DNA of 64,000 nt, from contig MNVD01000011.1 in assembly GCA_001871445.1 (NCBI GenBank), positions 29,382 to 93,381 of the forward strand, written 5' to 3'. The notes beneath the pieces were generated by a model. That model ran no database searches. It saw only the letters and a program-made list of their open reading frames with translations, and was not told the DNA's origin. The stretch is from Candidatus Magasanikbacteria bacterium CG1_02_41_34. Lineage in GTDB: Bacteria > Patescibacteriota > Patescibacteriia > Magasanikbacterales > UBA922. The translations under genes were made by a program, and so were the position numbers. This document shows, piece by piece, positions 11,001-19,754 of this stretch. Position 1 is the first letter of the stretch. Each line of letters starts with the position of its first letter.

Positions 11001-11718
11001 AGTAGAAAAGAACAGTACTGCAGTAATCACTGTAAAAGCAGACGTTACTACTTTCACCAATGGTGGTGCAAATGGAGACGTAAATGGTTCATTCTTCGCT
11101 GCAATGTTGTCTAACGTTGGAAGTGGAAGTGAACCTGTAACTGCTGTCGGTGAATCATCTGGTGCAAGTATTACCGGTGCACAACTTGACATGGGTACTT
11201 CCCCTGATCTCAATCAAGTCGCAAATGAGATGGTTGCATACCGATCGAAAATTACTGTAGCATTCGCAGGTGACTCACCTAGTGGATCATCTGTTGGAGC
11301 AAGTGCTCAGACTATCGCGAAGTTCGTCGTATCAAACTCAAGCAATGTAGGAAACTACAAAGCAACAGTGAACACAATGAACTTTGCTATTAGCAATACA
11401 GGAATCTCAAATACAGCAACACGAACGATGAATGTATATAAAGATTCTGTTTCTGCTAGCAACTTGCTTGCTACGACCACTGCTGGTTCAGGCACCTTGA
11501 ACTTCGCTGATACTAGTATCAGCACGTTTACAGATGTTGATATCACAGCTGGAAGCTCAAAGACCTTCGTTGTAACACTTGATACAAGTGATGCTGGTAC
11601 TGATGACAAATTGTCTATCGGATTGGCTCAAGGAGATATCGTTTGGTCTGATGACGCTGTAAACGTCATCACCGAAGTAGATGGTCTCCCTCTCGTATCC
11701 AAGACACTTACCTACTAA
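8053..11718 (+). CDS. Giant secreted surface protein with tandem repeats, rich in Thr, Ser, Ala and Gly. It is a candidate S-layer or adhesin glycoprotein.
   Basis: Signal peptide 'KKAFTWSVVVMTIAWSIGLSALAAPLAANA|AD'. About 1221 aa with almost no charged or aromatic core. It contains recurring ~100-120 aa modules. Examples are 'TAVRFTAGSDAVVVKTVKFTRTG...LYLYDGDARL...VTFSN...VPANSSKTVMLRGDL', 'MELRYMKLTMIGTIS...LKLEVGGAQVG...VIFDLS...VNAGQSKIVVLRGDM' and 'LRNLRLYKDGVAFG...ATFSGLALTVEKNSTAVITVKADV'. No stop codon interrupts 3.6 kb. Confidence 0.7.
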   Translation: MTDVINLTKKAFTWSVVVMTIAWSIGLSALAAPLAANAADCPTLEAGDLFKVKGNTAVYLLDADMKRLYFPHSDVYHTWFSDFSGVVEIDSTCVSAYPNAVNPSGVDYRPGSRLVKVVISPEVYAVGPGNMRHLLGSEEEASSLYGANWASLVRDVHDFHWPNYTTGAEVNGLMNGMLVKRADTSDVTTVYVVQDGKLHTVDGTLPAFVKADVRTVASTLVDALELSVDSVTAASLTADPSQGSGSGTPGTPVVTGGNVSVSLAAETPGSTDILSDSGSDYNQANIPFTAVRFTAGSDAVVVKTVKFTRTGIASDSDLGNLYLYDGDARLAEYTSFNAKVVTFSNSTGLFTVPANSSKTVMLRGDLAKSAVTGGKKIGFEVASSDHVVINGGSVTGSFPVAGSQMATAQVTDLGDLYLTGYTTFPATVKADEAGKELWRMTLNAAEQDMELRYMKLTMIGTISTSDVQNLKLEVGGAQVGATANISDDRTVIFDLSSAPIAVNAGQSKIVVLRGDMMGGSGRVFKFSVQRQNDLKAYDTEYGVYVNPTITTAATSFGVVEPETGNGTDVDSGTLTIGVATDSPTGSTVDGGTGVTLAKFTFDASGESVKVTSLPVYCTGSDNTDILANVKVLLNGSQVGSTDAAMTCSGVGGVNSFTFGNTFVVDRDTDSVVTIVADTTDATIVNAATLSVSLNTGDTGNGQGQTTLTGITTTGLTARTLTVRSGVVTVSENSAFGDKTATNPTGTVNAAGARIASFVITAGSGEAADVTQISLADDATTGLASNYQKLMLMHDGVQIGTTVNTLNTTASTYSFTPSTAIRIAAGQQYVVDVYADIKSSAADAGEAAYAPVRLAATAVTATGVNTTSNISSTNSATSLQNAYIAASGNLTVAISGDTAEAAQIVLGSTAVELGTFELTADAAERINVTDLVVSVSSTAGYQGTLRNLRLYKDGVAFGPAVNLPTGAASTGTYYNATFSGLALTVEKNSTAVITVKADVTTFTNGGANGDVNGSFFAAMLSNVGSGSEPVTAVGESSGASITGAQLDMGTSPDLNQVANEMVAYRSKITVAFAGDSPSGSSVGASAQTIAKFVVSNSSNVGNYKATVNTMNFAISNTGISNTATRTMNVYKDSVSASNLLATTTAGSGTLNFADTSISTFTDVDITAGSSKTFVVTLDTSDAGTDDKLSIGLAQGDIVWSDDAVNVITEVDGLPLVSKTLTY

Positions 11719-11770
11719 TCGTCTAAACAATTCTATTGTTTAGCATAGTAGTTCTCTTCTCGAAGAGATC

Positions 11771-11799
11771 AAACACCCCCGGAATTCGGGGGTGTTTTG
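11771..11799 (+). terminator. Strong rho-independent terminator after the giant surface-protein gene
   Basis: The sequence 'acacccccg gaatt cgggggtgt' gives a 9-bp GC-rich stem with a 5-nt loop. A T-run, 'tttt', follows at 11795-11798. Confidence 0.8.
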
Positions 11800-11858
11800 A
11801 TCTATCCATGTTACTTGCTTCGGAGGCGTCTATCGGCTATACTATTGTTCATATGTAT

Positions 11859-14099
11859 ATGAATAAAATAACAAAGATCATTGTAGGAGGGCTCTTTGTT
11901 TCTGTTATTTTTCCTCTTCTCTTCACCCCTCAGACTATGTTTCCTTGGGGGTATGGGAAAGAGTTGTTTTTTGTATTTCTCATTGCATGTTTAGGGTTGC
12001 TTTCTCTACCGATATTGTGGAAGTACAAAAATACTACAACAGCTATGATGAGTCATATCACCATGGTTGATGTATTTTTTTTGTTGTTTATATGTTCATT
12101 TTTTCTCAGTACGTTCCTAGGTTTTGAGCCTGTTCGTAGTTTTTGGGGAGATCAAAGTAGAGGAGGGGGAGCGCTATTGTGGGGACAACTCGGAGTGTAT
12201 TACGTATTCCTTCGTATATTTTTTCAAACCAAAAAACAATGGAGGTACTTTGGCATGGGTATTATAGGGGTAGGACTAGTAGGAAGCCTTATTGCATGGC
12301 TAGGTGCGTATACGTCAGCATTTTCTGGCGTTATTATGAAAAGTAGTCATCTCAGTGGACTCGCAGGCAATCCTATATTTTTTGCATCGTCATTGATACC
12401 ACCCTTATATGTTTCACTTTCTTTTCTCTTTGTAGAGACAGAAAAGTGGAAACGTTACATATTCGGTGGTGTTGCAGGTATTTTGCTCATTACTCTGCTT
12501 GCGACACAAGTGCGAGGAGCATTTCTTGGGTTGCTCGTGTCTCTTGTCAGTATGGGGGTATATTTTACGATTGCAAAAAAAGCGTTTGTGAAAAAAAGAA
12601 GGATTTCCGTTTTGCTTTCTTTAGTTGTAAGTAGTGTATTGATTGTGGGGTTAATTTTTTGGAATACTCGAACGAGCGTACTTGCAGAAGTCTCACCAAC
12701 ACTGTCTCGTATGTTTACCATATCTACAGAGACAGGCACTGGACAAACGCGTCTTATGGCATGGAAGATCGCATTGAGGGGAGCTGTAGAGCATCCTGTC
12801 TTAGGATGGGGGCCAGAGTCATTTCAATTTATATTTGACACCTATTACAACCCTGCATTTTTAAGATTTTCTTTTTCGGAAACAGTGTGGGATCGTCCAC
12901 ATAATTTTTTTCTTTCAATTTTGACAGGACAAGGGCTTGTGGGGCTGTCACTCTATCTGTTTTTTTTGGCTTTGTTGGCAGGGGCCTTATTCAAAAAAAT
13001 TCGACAGGAGGTGAACCCTGCACAGGTGTGGTTTCTTCTGTTTCTTTTTGGTGGGATTGTGAACTATGTAGTCCAAAGTTTTTTTGGTGTGGAAGTATTC
13101 CATTCCCTCATTGTGTGGGTTGCATTTTTGGCATATGTATCTTTTGTTATTGGATCGAACACACAGAGCGCCTCATGGTTTCAAGGATCTCATCATAAAT
13201 CTATCGTACTTGTTGGTGCTGGTATTCTTCTCCTTTGTACCCCGTGGATTTTGTTCACAGTCCCACGATTGTATCAATCGAGTGTTGCTATGGCTTCAAG
13301 TAGAGATATCGCTCGATCAGGAAACTCTGAAGGGTGGAAGGAATCAGTGGAAAAAGTAGTAGGGATAGATGCTCCTATACAGTGGGAGCAAGCAAGATAT
13401 ATTGTACAGGATATTTCTTATCTTGATGGAGCAAAACTATTGAAAAGCAAAGATCTCAGTCTAATTGCCCCCAAACTTTTGAATATATTTGAAACTGATA
13501 TATCTCGAAATCCAAAATCATATCAATATTATTTTTGGACTGCAGAGCTCTATGGATTTATGGGTGAATATATGGATTCGCAGTACTTGGAAAAAAATAA
13601 AGAATTTTTGCTTAGGGCAGGAGAGCATAGCCCTACACAGCAACGTATTCCACTTCTTTTGGCAAAAAATGATATCCTAAACGGAAACGTTGATGGTGGT
13701 GTTGAGAGGCTTCATCAATTGTTGGATACAGATCCAAGCATAGCTGAGGTCCGTTGGTTTTATGGCCTTGCGCTTATTGAACAGGGTAATAAAGATAGTG
13801 GGCTGGAAGAACTTGAAGCAAGTGGTTCTTTTGGTTTTACTGTTGATTCTAATATCGTATATGTGATAGATTTGTATGCACAAGATGAACAATATGAACA
13901 TATTATTCCATTGTATCAATTGTTGATACAGCGTCATCCTGGCGAGAGTACGTGGTATGCCAGAATTGCCGCAACATACGCAGCAATGGGACAAAGAGAT
14001 AATGTGATAGAAGCTATCAATACTGCTGTAGAGTTAGATCCTTCCTTAAAAACAGAAGCCATGGAATTTTTACAGTCTCAAGGAATTTCCTCCTTTTGA
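11859..14099 (+). CDS. Wzy_C-domain polytopic membrane protein with a C-terminal TPR domain. It belongs to the O-antigen ligase / O-oligosaccharyltransferase / polymerase family.
   Basis: At least 10 predicted TM helices. Family motifs are 'QVRGAFLGLLVSL', 'HPVLGWGPESFQFIF' and 'RPHNFFLSILTGQGLVGL'. The third matches the H-N-x-x-L-E...G-x-x-G signature seen in WaaL and PglL. About 300 C-terminal residues look like TPR ('AATYAAMGQRDNVIEAINTAVELDPSL'). The ATG at 11859 is preferred over the ORF-track start at 11736, which would overlap the upstream terminator. Confidence 0.65.
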   Translation: MNKITKIIVGGLFVSVIFPLLFTPQTMFPWGYGKELFFVFLIACLGLLSLPILWKYKNTTTAMMSHITMVDVFFLLFICSFFLSTFLGFEPVRSFWGDQSRGGGALLWGQLGVYYVFLRIFFQTKKQWRYFGMGIIGVGLVGSLIAWLGAYTSAFSGVIMKSSHLSGLAGNPIFFASSLIPPLYVSLSFLFVETEKWKRYIFGGVAGILLITLLATQVRGAFLGLLVSLVSMGVYFTIAKKAFVKKRRISVLLSLVVSSVLIVGLIFWNTRTSVLAEVSPTLSRMFTISTETGTGQTRLMAWKIALRGAVEHPVLGWGPESFQFIFDTYYNPAFLRFSFSETVWDRPHNFFLSILTGQGLVGLSLYLFFLALLAGALFKKIRQEVNPAQVWFLLFLFGGIVNYVVQSFFGVEVFHSLIVWVAFLAYVSFVIGSNTQSASWFQGSHHKSIVLVGAGILLLCTPWILFTVPRLYQSSVAMASSRDIARSGNSEGWKESVEKVVGIDAPIQWEQARYIVQDISYLDGAKLLKSKDLSLIAPKLLNIFETDISRNPKSYQYYFWTAELYGFMGEYMDSQYLEKNKEFLLRAGEHSPTQQRIPLLLAKNDILNGNVDGGVERLHQLLDTDPSIAEVRWFYGLALIEQGNKDSGLEELEASGSFGFTVDSNIVYVIDLYAQDEQYEHIIPLYQLLIQRHPGESTWYARIAATYAAMGQRDNVIEAINTAVELDPSLKTEAMEFLQSQGISSF

Positions 14100-14119
14100 T
14101 ACATGTTATCTATACTTAT

Positions 14120-14752
14120 ATGAACAAAAAAAAATATATCATTTTTATCCTTATCACTGTACTTTTCGTTGCCGGAGGTGCTTACTTGTTTGTACAACGT
14201 TCTCATTCTTCGCTGCAGAACGAACAGTATTATAGTAAGACATCATACATCGAAGCACTACACGCATTTTCATTGGAGCATCCTGAACTGAGTGAGTTTA
14301 CGACCCTTGTAGACGAAGAAGAAGCAAAAATTGCAGCAGCTCCGTCAAATACAGAGGGATATCTGAGTCTTGGGTTGGCATGGAAAAGTCTTGCAGACAG
14401 GGCAGGAGACCCTCCAAACATGTTTTATGAAGCAGCATTTGAAGTATATAAGAGAGGTATAGAACTTACGGATAGAAGGGATACAACGTTTTTAAAAAAT
14501 GCAGCAAACATGGCGGAGTTTCAAAAGGATTTTGATACCTCTGAAACATTATTGCAAGAAGCTATTGTAGCAACTCCGGGTGATGCTGATCTATATATTC
14601 GGTTAGCAGACGTATATACATATCTTATGAAGAAGCCGACACAAGAAATTATAGATTTTTTGGATACTGGCATTGAAATTTTGCCAAATGCGACAAGATT
14701 AGAAAATTACAAAAAACGTCTAGAGACGAATGAGCAGAGTAATAATTTATAA
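14120..14752 (+). CDS. Small membrane-anchored TPR-like protein (hypothetical)
   Basis: N-terminal TM helix 'YIIFILITVLFVAGGAYLFV', then a helical repeat region. It lies between the two Wzy_C-TPR paralogs. ATG at 14120. Confidence 0.35.
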   Translation: MNKKKYIIFILITVLFVAGGAYLFVQRSHSSLQNEQYYSKTSYIEALHAFSLEHPELSEFTTLVDEEEAKIAAAPSNTEGYLSLGLAWKSLADRAGDPPNMFYEAAFEVYKRGIELTDRRDTTFLKNAANMAEFQKDFDTSETLLQEAIVATPGDADLYIRLADVYTYLMKKPTQEIIDFLDTGIEILPNATRLENYKKRLETNEQSNNL

Positions 14753-14758
14753 ATTTTC

Positions 14759-16846
14759 ATGTTGTACTCAAAATTGTTAGATAAAACCGAACAAATACTC
14801 CGTTATACAATATTGTGTTTGATCACGACAACTTTTTTAGTCCCATTGATCATGGCTCCATCTTTTATTTTTCCTTTTATTGTACCAAAAATACTGGCAT
14901 TTCGCACAATTGTTATTTTGATGAGTGTTACGTATGTCATGTTGCTCTGGAAATATCCAAAAAAATATGCACCTGGAAAAAACATTGTTACTATAAGCGT
15001 ATTCCTTTTTTTGTTCAGTTTTGCTATATCTACATTTACTGGTGTAGATTGGTATAGAAGTCTTTGGGACAATCATGAACGAATGTTGGGACTTTTTACC
15101 TTTGTTCATTATGTTATTTATTTTTTCGTGTTGTCGAGTGTCATACAGTCGAAGGAAGAATGGATACAATTGTTTCGTTTTTTTCTCGGTGCAGGGATGC
15201 TGGTAGTTATTATTGGCGTATGGCAAAAATCAATCAATCCTGAACTTTTGCTCAATAGAGGTGCTTTTCGTGTCTCTTCTACACTTGGAAATGCTATCTA
15301 CTTAAGTGGATATGGCCTTTTTTTGGCTACAATCGGTGCATTACTTGCATATTGGGAGAATGTAAACATGTGGCGTATTTATGCCGCAATTGGGGCTTTT
15401 CTTGGTATAGTAGGTATTTTTTTAGGAGGAACACGAGGAACCTTGCTTGGGTTTCTCGCTGGCTTGGGAATTGGTCTTGCTTGGTTTATATTCTATGCAA
15501 AAGCAAATAAAAGAATGAAGAAATTTGTATTGCTGGGTACAAGTTGTTTGTTGATGTTTTTTGTGTCTTTGTTCTTTTTTCGTAGTTCGGATGTCGTGCG
15601 TCACATGCCATTGATTGGTCGTCTTGCCGAAACATCATTGTCGTCAGGGACTGCGGAAACACGTATTATGGCGTGGCAGATTGCTTTTGAAGCGTGGAAA
15701 GATAAACCATTTTTTGGGTGGGGACCAAATAATTTTTATTATGCATTTAACGAATTCTACAACCCAACGTTTCTCGAGCATGGATATCAAGAGACATGGT
15801 TTGATAATGCACATAATATTGTCATGAATACACTCACGACACAGGGTGCTTTTGGACTGGCAGTGTATATTATCCTATTTGGTGGAGCAATATATGCTCT
15901 GATAAAAATGAAAGATGACGATATACTTGGCGGGCTGGTAAGTGTTATCATTGTCAGTTTTCTGATAGCACATTTTATTCACAATGTATTCGTATTCGAA
16001 AATCCTACGTCATATTTGTACTTTTTTACGATACTAGGTTTTATCGCCAGTTCGTACAAAACCTTTTTAAAGAAAACAAAAACCGTGAAAGTTAAAAACG
16101 TTGTATCGCAACACCTTGGGGTAGGAAAAATGTCTATACTTTTGTTTGTTGCACTACTTTTTGTGTTTTCAACAGAAATAAATCCAGCTCGAGCAAATAA
16201 GACCATTGCTCTAGCTATCAAATCTGTCAGTACAGACCCTGAACTAAGTATTGCTCAGTATCGTAAGGCAACATCAATCCCAAGTCCTCATATTGATGAT
16301 ATTAGGAATGATATGTCCCGCATTTATTTACAGGCAATACCTTTTTTGATTGATCAGCATCAAAATGAAATAGCAAATACATATTTTGCAGAAGCAAAAA
16401 AGAGTATGGAAGAAAATCTTCTTTTGCATCCACGAGATATTCGTGTGCATATGCAGTTGGCTCAGGTGCTTTTGCAGGGAGCGCGGCTAAAACAGGATAT
16501 TTCCTATATTCAGCAGGCAAAACAGATACTGCGTATTGCATTGGTCTATTCTCCCAAACGTCAACAGTTAGTTTTTCAATATACTCAAATATTGGATATT
16601 CTTACTGAATATGATGAGGCCTTATCTCTTCTAAGACAAGTTGTAGACGACGACCCTCATATTGTAGAAAGTTGGGCACGGTTGATTTATATGTATGGAA
16701 GAGCAGGAGAAAAGGACTTGGCTGTACAGGTATATCAAGAAGCATTAACAGCTGGTATTGATTTTAGTGGTGATTTTTCAAATACGGTAAATTCAGTAAT
16801 ATCGGCATCTACATCATCGACATCCAATATTCATTCAGTAGAGTAA
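14759..16846 (+). CDS. Second Wzy_C-domain membrane protein with a C-terminal TPR domain, paralogous to 11859..14099
   Basis: Same motif set as the first paralog: 'GTRGTLLGFLAGL', 'DKPFFGWGPNNFYYAF' and 'NAHNIVMNTLTTQGAFGL'. The TPR-like tail reads 'VDDDPHIVESWARLIYMYGRAGEKDLAVQVYQEAL'. Confidence 0.65.
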   Translation: MLYSKLLDKTEQILRYTILCLITTTFLVPLIMAPSFIFPFIVPKILAFRTIVILMSVTYVMLLWKYPKKYAPGKNIVTISVFLFLFSFAISTFTGVDWYRSLWDNHERMLGLFTFVHYVIYFFVLSSVIQSKEEWIQLFRFFLGAGMLVVIIGVWQKSINPELLLNRGAFRVSSTLGNAIYLSGYGLFLATIGALLAYWENVNMWRIYAAIGAFLGIVGIFLGGTRGTLLGFLAGLGIGLAWFIFYAKANKRMKKFVLLGTSCLLMFFVSLFFFRSSDVVRHMPLIGRLAETSLSSGTAETRIMAWQIAFEAWKDKPFFGWGPNNFYYAFNEFYNPTFLEHGYQETWFDNAHNIVMNTLTTQGAFGLAVYIILFGGAIYALIKMKDDDILGGLVSVIIVSFLIAHFIHNVFVFENPTSYLYFFTILGFIASSYKTFLKKTKTVKVKNVVSQHLGVGKMSILLFVALLFVFSTEINPARANKTIALAIKSVSTDPELSIAQYRKATSIPSPHIDDIRNDMSRIYLQAIPFLIDQHQNEIANTYFAEAKKSMEENLLLHPRDIRVHMQLAQVLLQGARLKQDISYIQQAKQILRIALVYSPKRQQLVFQYTQILDILTEYDEALSLLRQVVDDDPHIVESWARLIYMYGRAGEKDLAVQVYQEALTAGIDFSGDFSNTVNSVISASTSSTSNIHSVE

Positions 16847-16856
16847 CGGTGGTAGT

Positions 16857-17645
16857 ATGCCAAAAATAAGTGTTCTATTATGCGTGTATAACGGTGATGA
16901 CTATGTACGCGGTGCTCTTGATAGTATTCTTTCTCAGACGTATAGTGATTTTGAGTGTGTTATTATTGATGACGCTTCCTCAGACACAACACCACACATA
17001 CTACGTGAGTATGCATCAAAAGATAATAGGATACATATACATACAAATGATAAAAATATGGGACTCACAGCATCTCTCCAAGATGGGCTGTCATATTGCA
17101 ATGGAAAGTATATAGCAAGAATGGATGTCGATGATATTGCAAGACGTGATAGGTTCGAAAAGCAATATGCATTTATGGAAGAACATCCTGACGTGGCGTT
17201 ATGTGGTTCCTTTGCAACTGTTATCGATGAAAAAGAAAGTACTATTGGAAAAAAGATATTTCCGACATCCTCAGTAGATATAAAAAAAAGACTTTTATTT
17301 AACAATCAGTTTGTTCACTCTACTCTTTTTTTTATAAAAGAAAAAATAGTAGACATTGGAGGGTATGATGTTTTTTTCAAAAAAAGTCAGGATTATGATT
17401 TGGTATTCCGTGTTGGATCTGTATACACCGTTGCAAATATTCCTGAATATCTTGTATCATGGCGCTTGGGCTCTCGGAGCATTTCTTGGCAGAGTAGGGG
17501 ACAAGAAATGTATGCGCTTCGGGCACGATGGAACGCAATTACAAGATATGGATATCCAAAAATCAATGGAATATACCACATTGTGGTACGAGCAATTTGG
17601 TTGTGTGTACCACTTTCGTTAAAAAGAAAGCGATATGTTCGTTAG
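16857..17645 (+). CDS. GT2-family glycosyltransferase
   Basis: 'ISVLLCVYNGDDYVRGALDSILSQTYSDFECVIIDDASSDTT', followed by a DxD-type motif, 'ARMDVDD'. Confidence 0.8.
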   Translation: MPKISVLLCVYNGDDYVRGALDSILSQTYSDFECVIIDDASSDTTPHILREYASKDNRIHIHTNDKNMGLTASLQDGLSYCNGKYIARMDVDDIARRDRFEKQYAFMEEHPDVALCGSFATVIDEKESTIGKKIFPTSSVDIKKRLLFNNQFVHSTLFFIKEKIVDIGGYDVFFKKSQDYDLVFRVGSVYTVANIPEYLVSWRLGSRSISWQSRGQEMYALRARWNAITRYGYPKINGIYHIVVRAIWLCVPLSLKRKRYVR

Positions 17646-18585
17646 TCTTATTATTCCCACAATTGTAGAAAGAAAAAATGAACTTGTTCGTTTATTGTCT
17701 TCCGTGGCATCTCAAAAAAAAATACCTGATGAAGTTATTATTGTTATGCAGGGATTTGGTAATAATTATGTATCAGCTGTAGCATCTATACAGCAATCGT
17801 TTCCAATGCTTACATTCGTATGTATTCAGAGTAGTATCCGCTCCCTTACAAAAGCTCGAAATGAGGGGGTGTGTAAAAGTAGGGGAGATATTATTGCATT
17901 TTCAGATGATGATATTATATTGGAGCCCAACTATATTGAAAAAATGATTCATTTTTTTGAAACATATCCCAAGGCACTTGGTGTTCAGGGACTTATTACA
18001 GACTTTGTAGAGGGACACACAAAAAAAATTGGGGGAAATTCATTTGTGTATGCCTGTTACAATGTGTTTGCCAAAATATTCTTATTGAATAATAGTAGTA
18101 CCAAAAACAAGTTATTACTATCTGGACGTAGTCAATATGCGACTCATGTAAAAACTGTGACACCCTGTGAATGGCTCAGTGGTATCGGAGCGTATAGAAA
18201 ATCTGTATTTACAGAGTTTACGTTTGACGAATCACTAGGTGGGTATGCACTCGGTGAGGACAAATTGTTTTCATATCCAATAAATCAAACATATCCAGGT
18301 GTATTGTATATTGACCCTTCAATTCGTTGCAAACATGTGTATGGAGAACAAGGTCGACCTAAAAATGAAGAATTGGTTCGTATGAAGGTGCAAAATATTC
18401 ACTATATCTGGAATAAACTGATGTCAGATCGTGGGTTTCTTGCCAAAATTGCGTTTTGGTGGGCGAATATAGGAGATTTCATCAGCGTGTTTTTTGCATC
18501 TATACTGCGTGTATATTCTTTTCGTTTTTTTTTGCTTCATGTGAGAGCCTATTTTGCACTTATTGGACATACGTATGATACCTAA
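17635..18585 (+). CDS. GT2-like glycosyltransferase
   Basis: 'VSLIIPTIVERKNELVRLLSSVASQ...DEVIIVMQG' and 'IAFSDDDIILEPNY'. It overlaps the previous gene by 11 nt. Confidence 0.6.
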   Translation: MFVSLIIPTIVERKNELVRLLSSVASQKKIPDEVIIVMQGFGNNYVSAVASIQQSFPMLTFVCIQSSIRSLTKARNEGVCKSRGDIIAFSDDDIILEPNYIEKMIHFFETYPKALGVQGLITDFVEGHTKKIGGNSFVYACYNVFAKIFLLNNSSTKNKLLLSGRSQYATHVKTVTPCEWLSGIGAYRKSVFTEFTFDESLGGYALGEDKLFSYPINQTYPGVLYIDPSIRCKHVYGEQGRPKNEELVRMKVQNIHYIWNKLMSDRGFLAKIAFWWANIGDFISVFFASILRVYSFRFFLLHVRAYFALIGHTYDT

Positions 18586-19717
18586 AAAACAAAATAAACA
18601 ATTAGTTCTTTTTTTCACGTATGGTGTATCCCTGGCTATTTGGGAAAAAGCAGGGACCCTGGGGCGTGATGCTCGTCTATATCAAGAATTACAAAAGCAT
18701 AATATAGACGTGCTATTTGTAACATACGGTAAAAGCAGAAGAGAAAAAGAATTGGCTGATAGATTGGGGATCTCTATTTTTTATAACAAGTGGCATCTTC
18801 CAACATTCTTATACTATGTGTTTCTTCCGGTATTGTTACTATTTCAATCTTACAAAAATATAGGTTGGATTAAATCCCATCAGTATATAGGTGTTTTTCC
18901 TGCATATGTATATGCAAGATTGAAAAAAGTCTCATATGTCGCTCGCGGAGGCTATCTTCCTACCTATTTTTTTGCAAAAGAAAAAAGATATAGTCTTCGG
19001 CGTTGGCTGAAATATATCTTTGTGAGTATTGACGAATGGATAGTGGTCAAGAAGGCAACTGTAATTTGTCTTCCAAGCAAAGAGGAAGAAGAGTATTTAC
19101 AGAGGAAATATACGACATGTTGTCCCAACATTGTCTATCAACCAAACTGGGTTGATACTGATACTTTTTTTCCTCTACCTCTTGCAAATAAAAAGAAAGA
19201 TATCCTTTTTGTTGGTCGTTTGGAATCTCAAAAAAGACCACTGCTTTTTTTGGATGCATATAAAAAAATAGGGAAGGGAGTAAGCGGAACGCTTGTGGGA
19301 ACAGGCTCTCTGGCAAGCACCGTATCGGATATTATTGCAGACAATGATCTTTCTCTTCATTTTTTACATAATCGATTGCCGAATAATGATTTGATTCCTA
19401 TTTATCAATCGCATAAAGTATATGTGCTTACTTCTTCCTATGAGGGAGGGTCTGCAAAAACTGTATTAGAAGCGATGGCATGTGGTGTTCCTGTTGTTGT
19501 TACAAATGGATTTGGTCTTGCTGCCACGGTTACTGATGGATATGATGGATTTGTCTGTCCGCCAGATCCTGACATCTTGGCAAAAAAAATTGACCTGCTC
19601 CTCACGAATGAAAGTGTATATACTCGTATGAGTGAGCATGCTCGGTCTACAAGTATACAAAAATTTAGTATGCAGGCCGTTTTGAAAAATGAACTTGCAT
19701 GGTTACACAATTATTGA
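18575..19717 (+). CDS. GT4-family glycosyltransferase
   Basis: C-terminal motif 'EGGSAKTVLEAMACGVPVVVTNGFGLAATVTDGYDGFV'. The ATG at 18575 is preferred over the TTG at 18554. It overlaps the upstream gene by 11 nt. Confidence 0.7.
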   Translation: MIPKKQNKQLVLFFTYGVSLAIWEKAGTLGRDARLYQELQKHNIDVLFVTYGKSRREKELADRLGISIFYNKWHLPTFLYYVFLPVLLLFQSYKNIGWIKSHQYIGVFPAYVYARLKKVSYVARGGYLPTYFFAKEKRYSLRRWLKYIFVSIDEWIVVKKATVICLPSKEEEEYLQRKYTTCCPNIVYQPNWVDTDTFFPLPLANKKKDILFVGRLESQKRPLLFLDAYKKIGKGVSGTLVGTGSLASTVSDIIADNDLSLHFLHNRLPNNDLIPIYQSHKVYVLTSSYEGGSAKTVLEAMACGVPVVVTNGFGLAATVTDGYDGFVCPPDPDILAKKIDLLLTNESVYTRMSEHARSTSIQKFSMQAVLKNELAWLHNY

Positions 19718-19754
19718 TACAGTACTATTCTTATACTCGTGAAGCATAGATACT

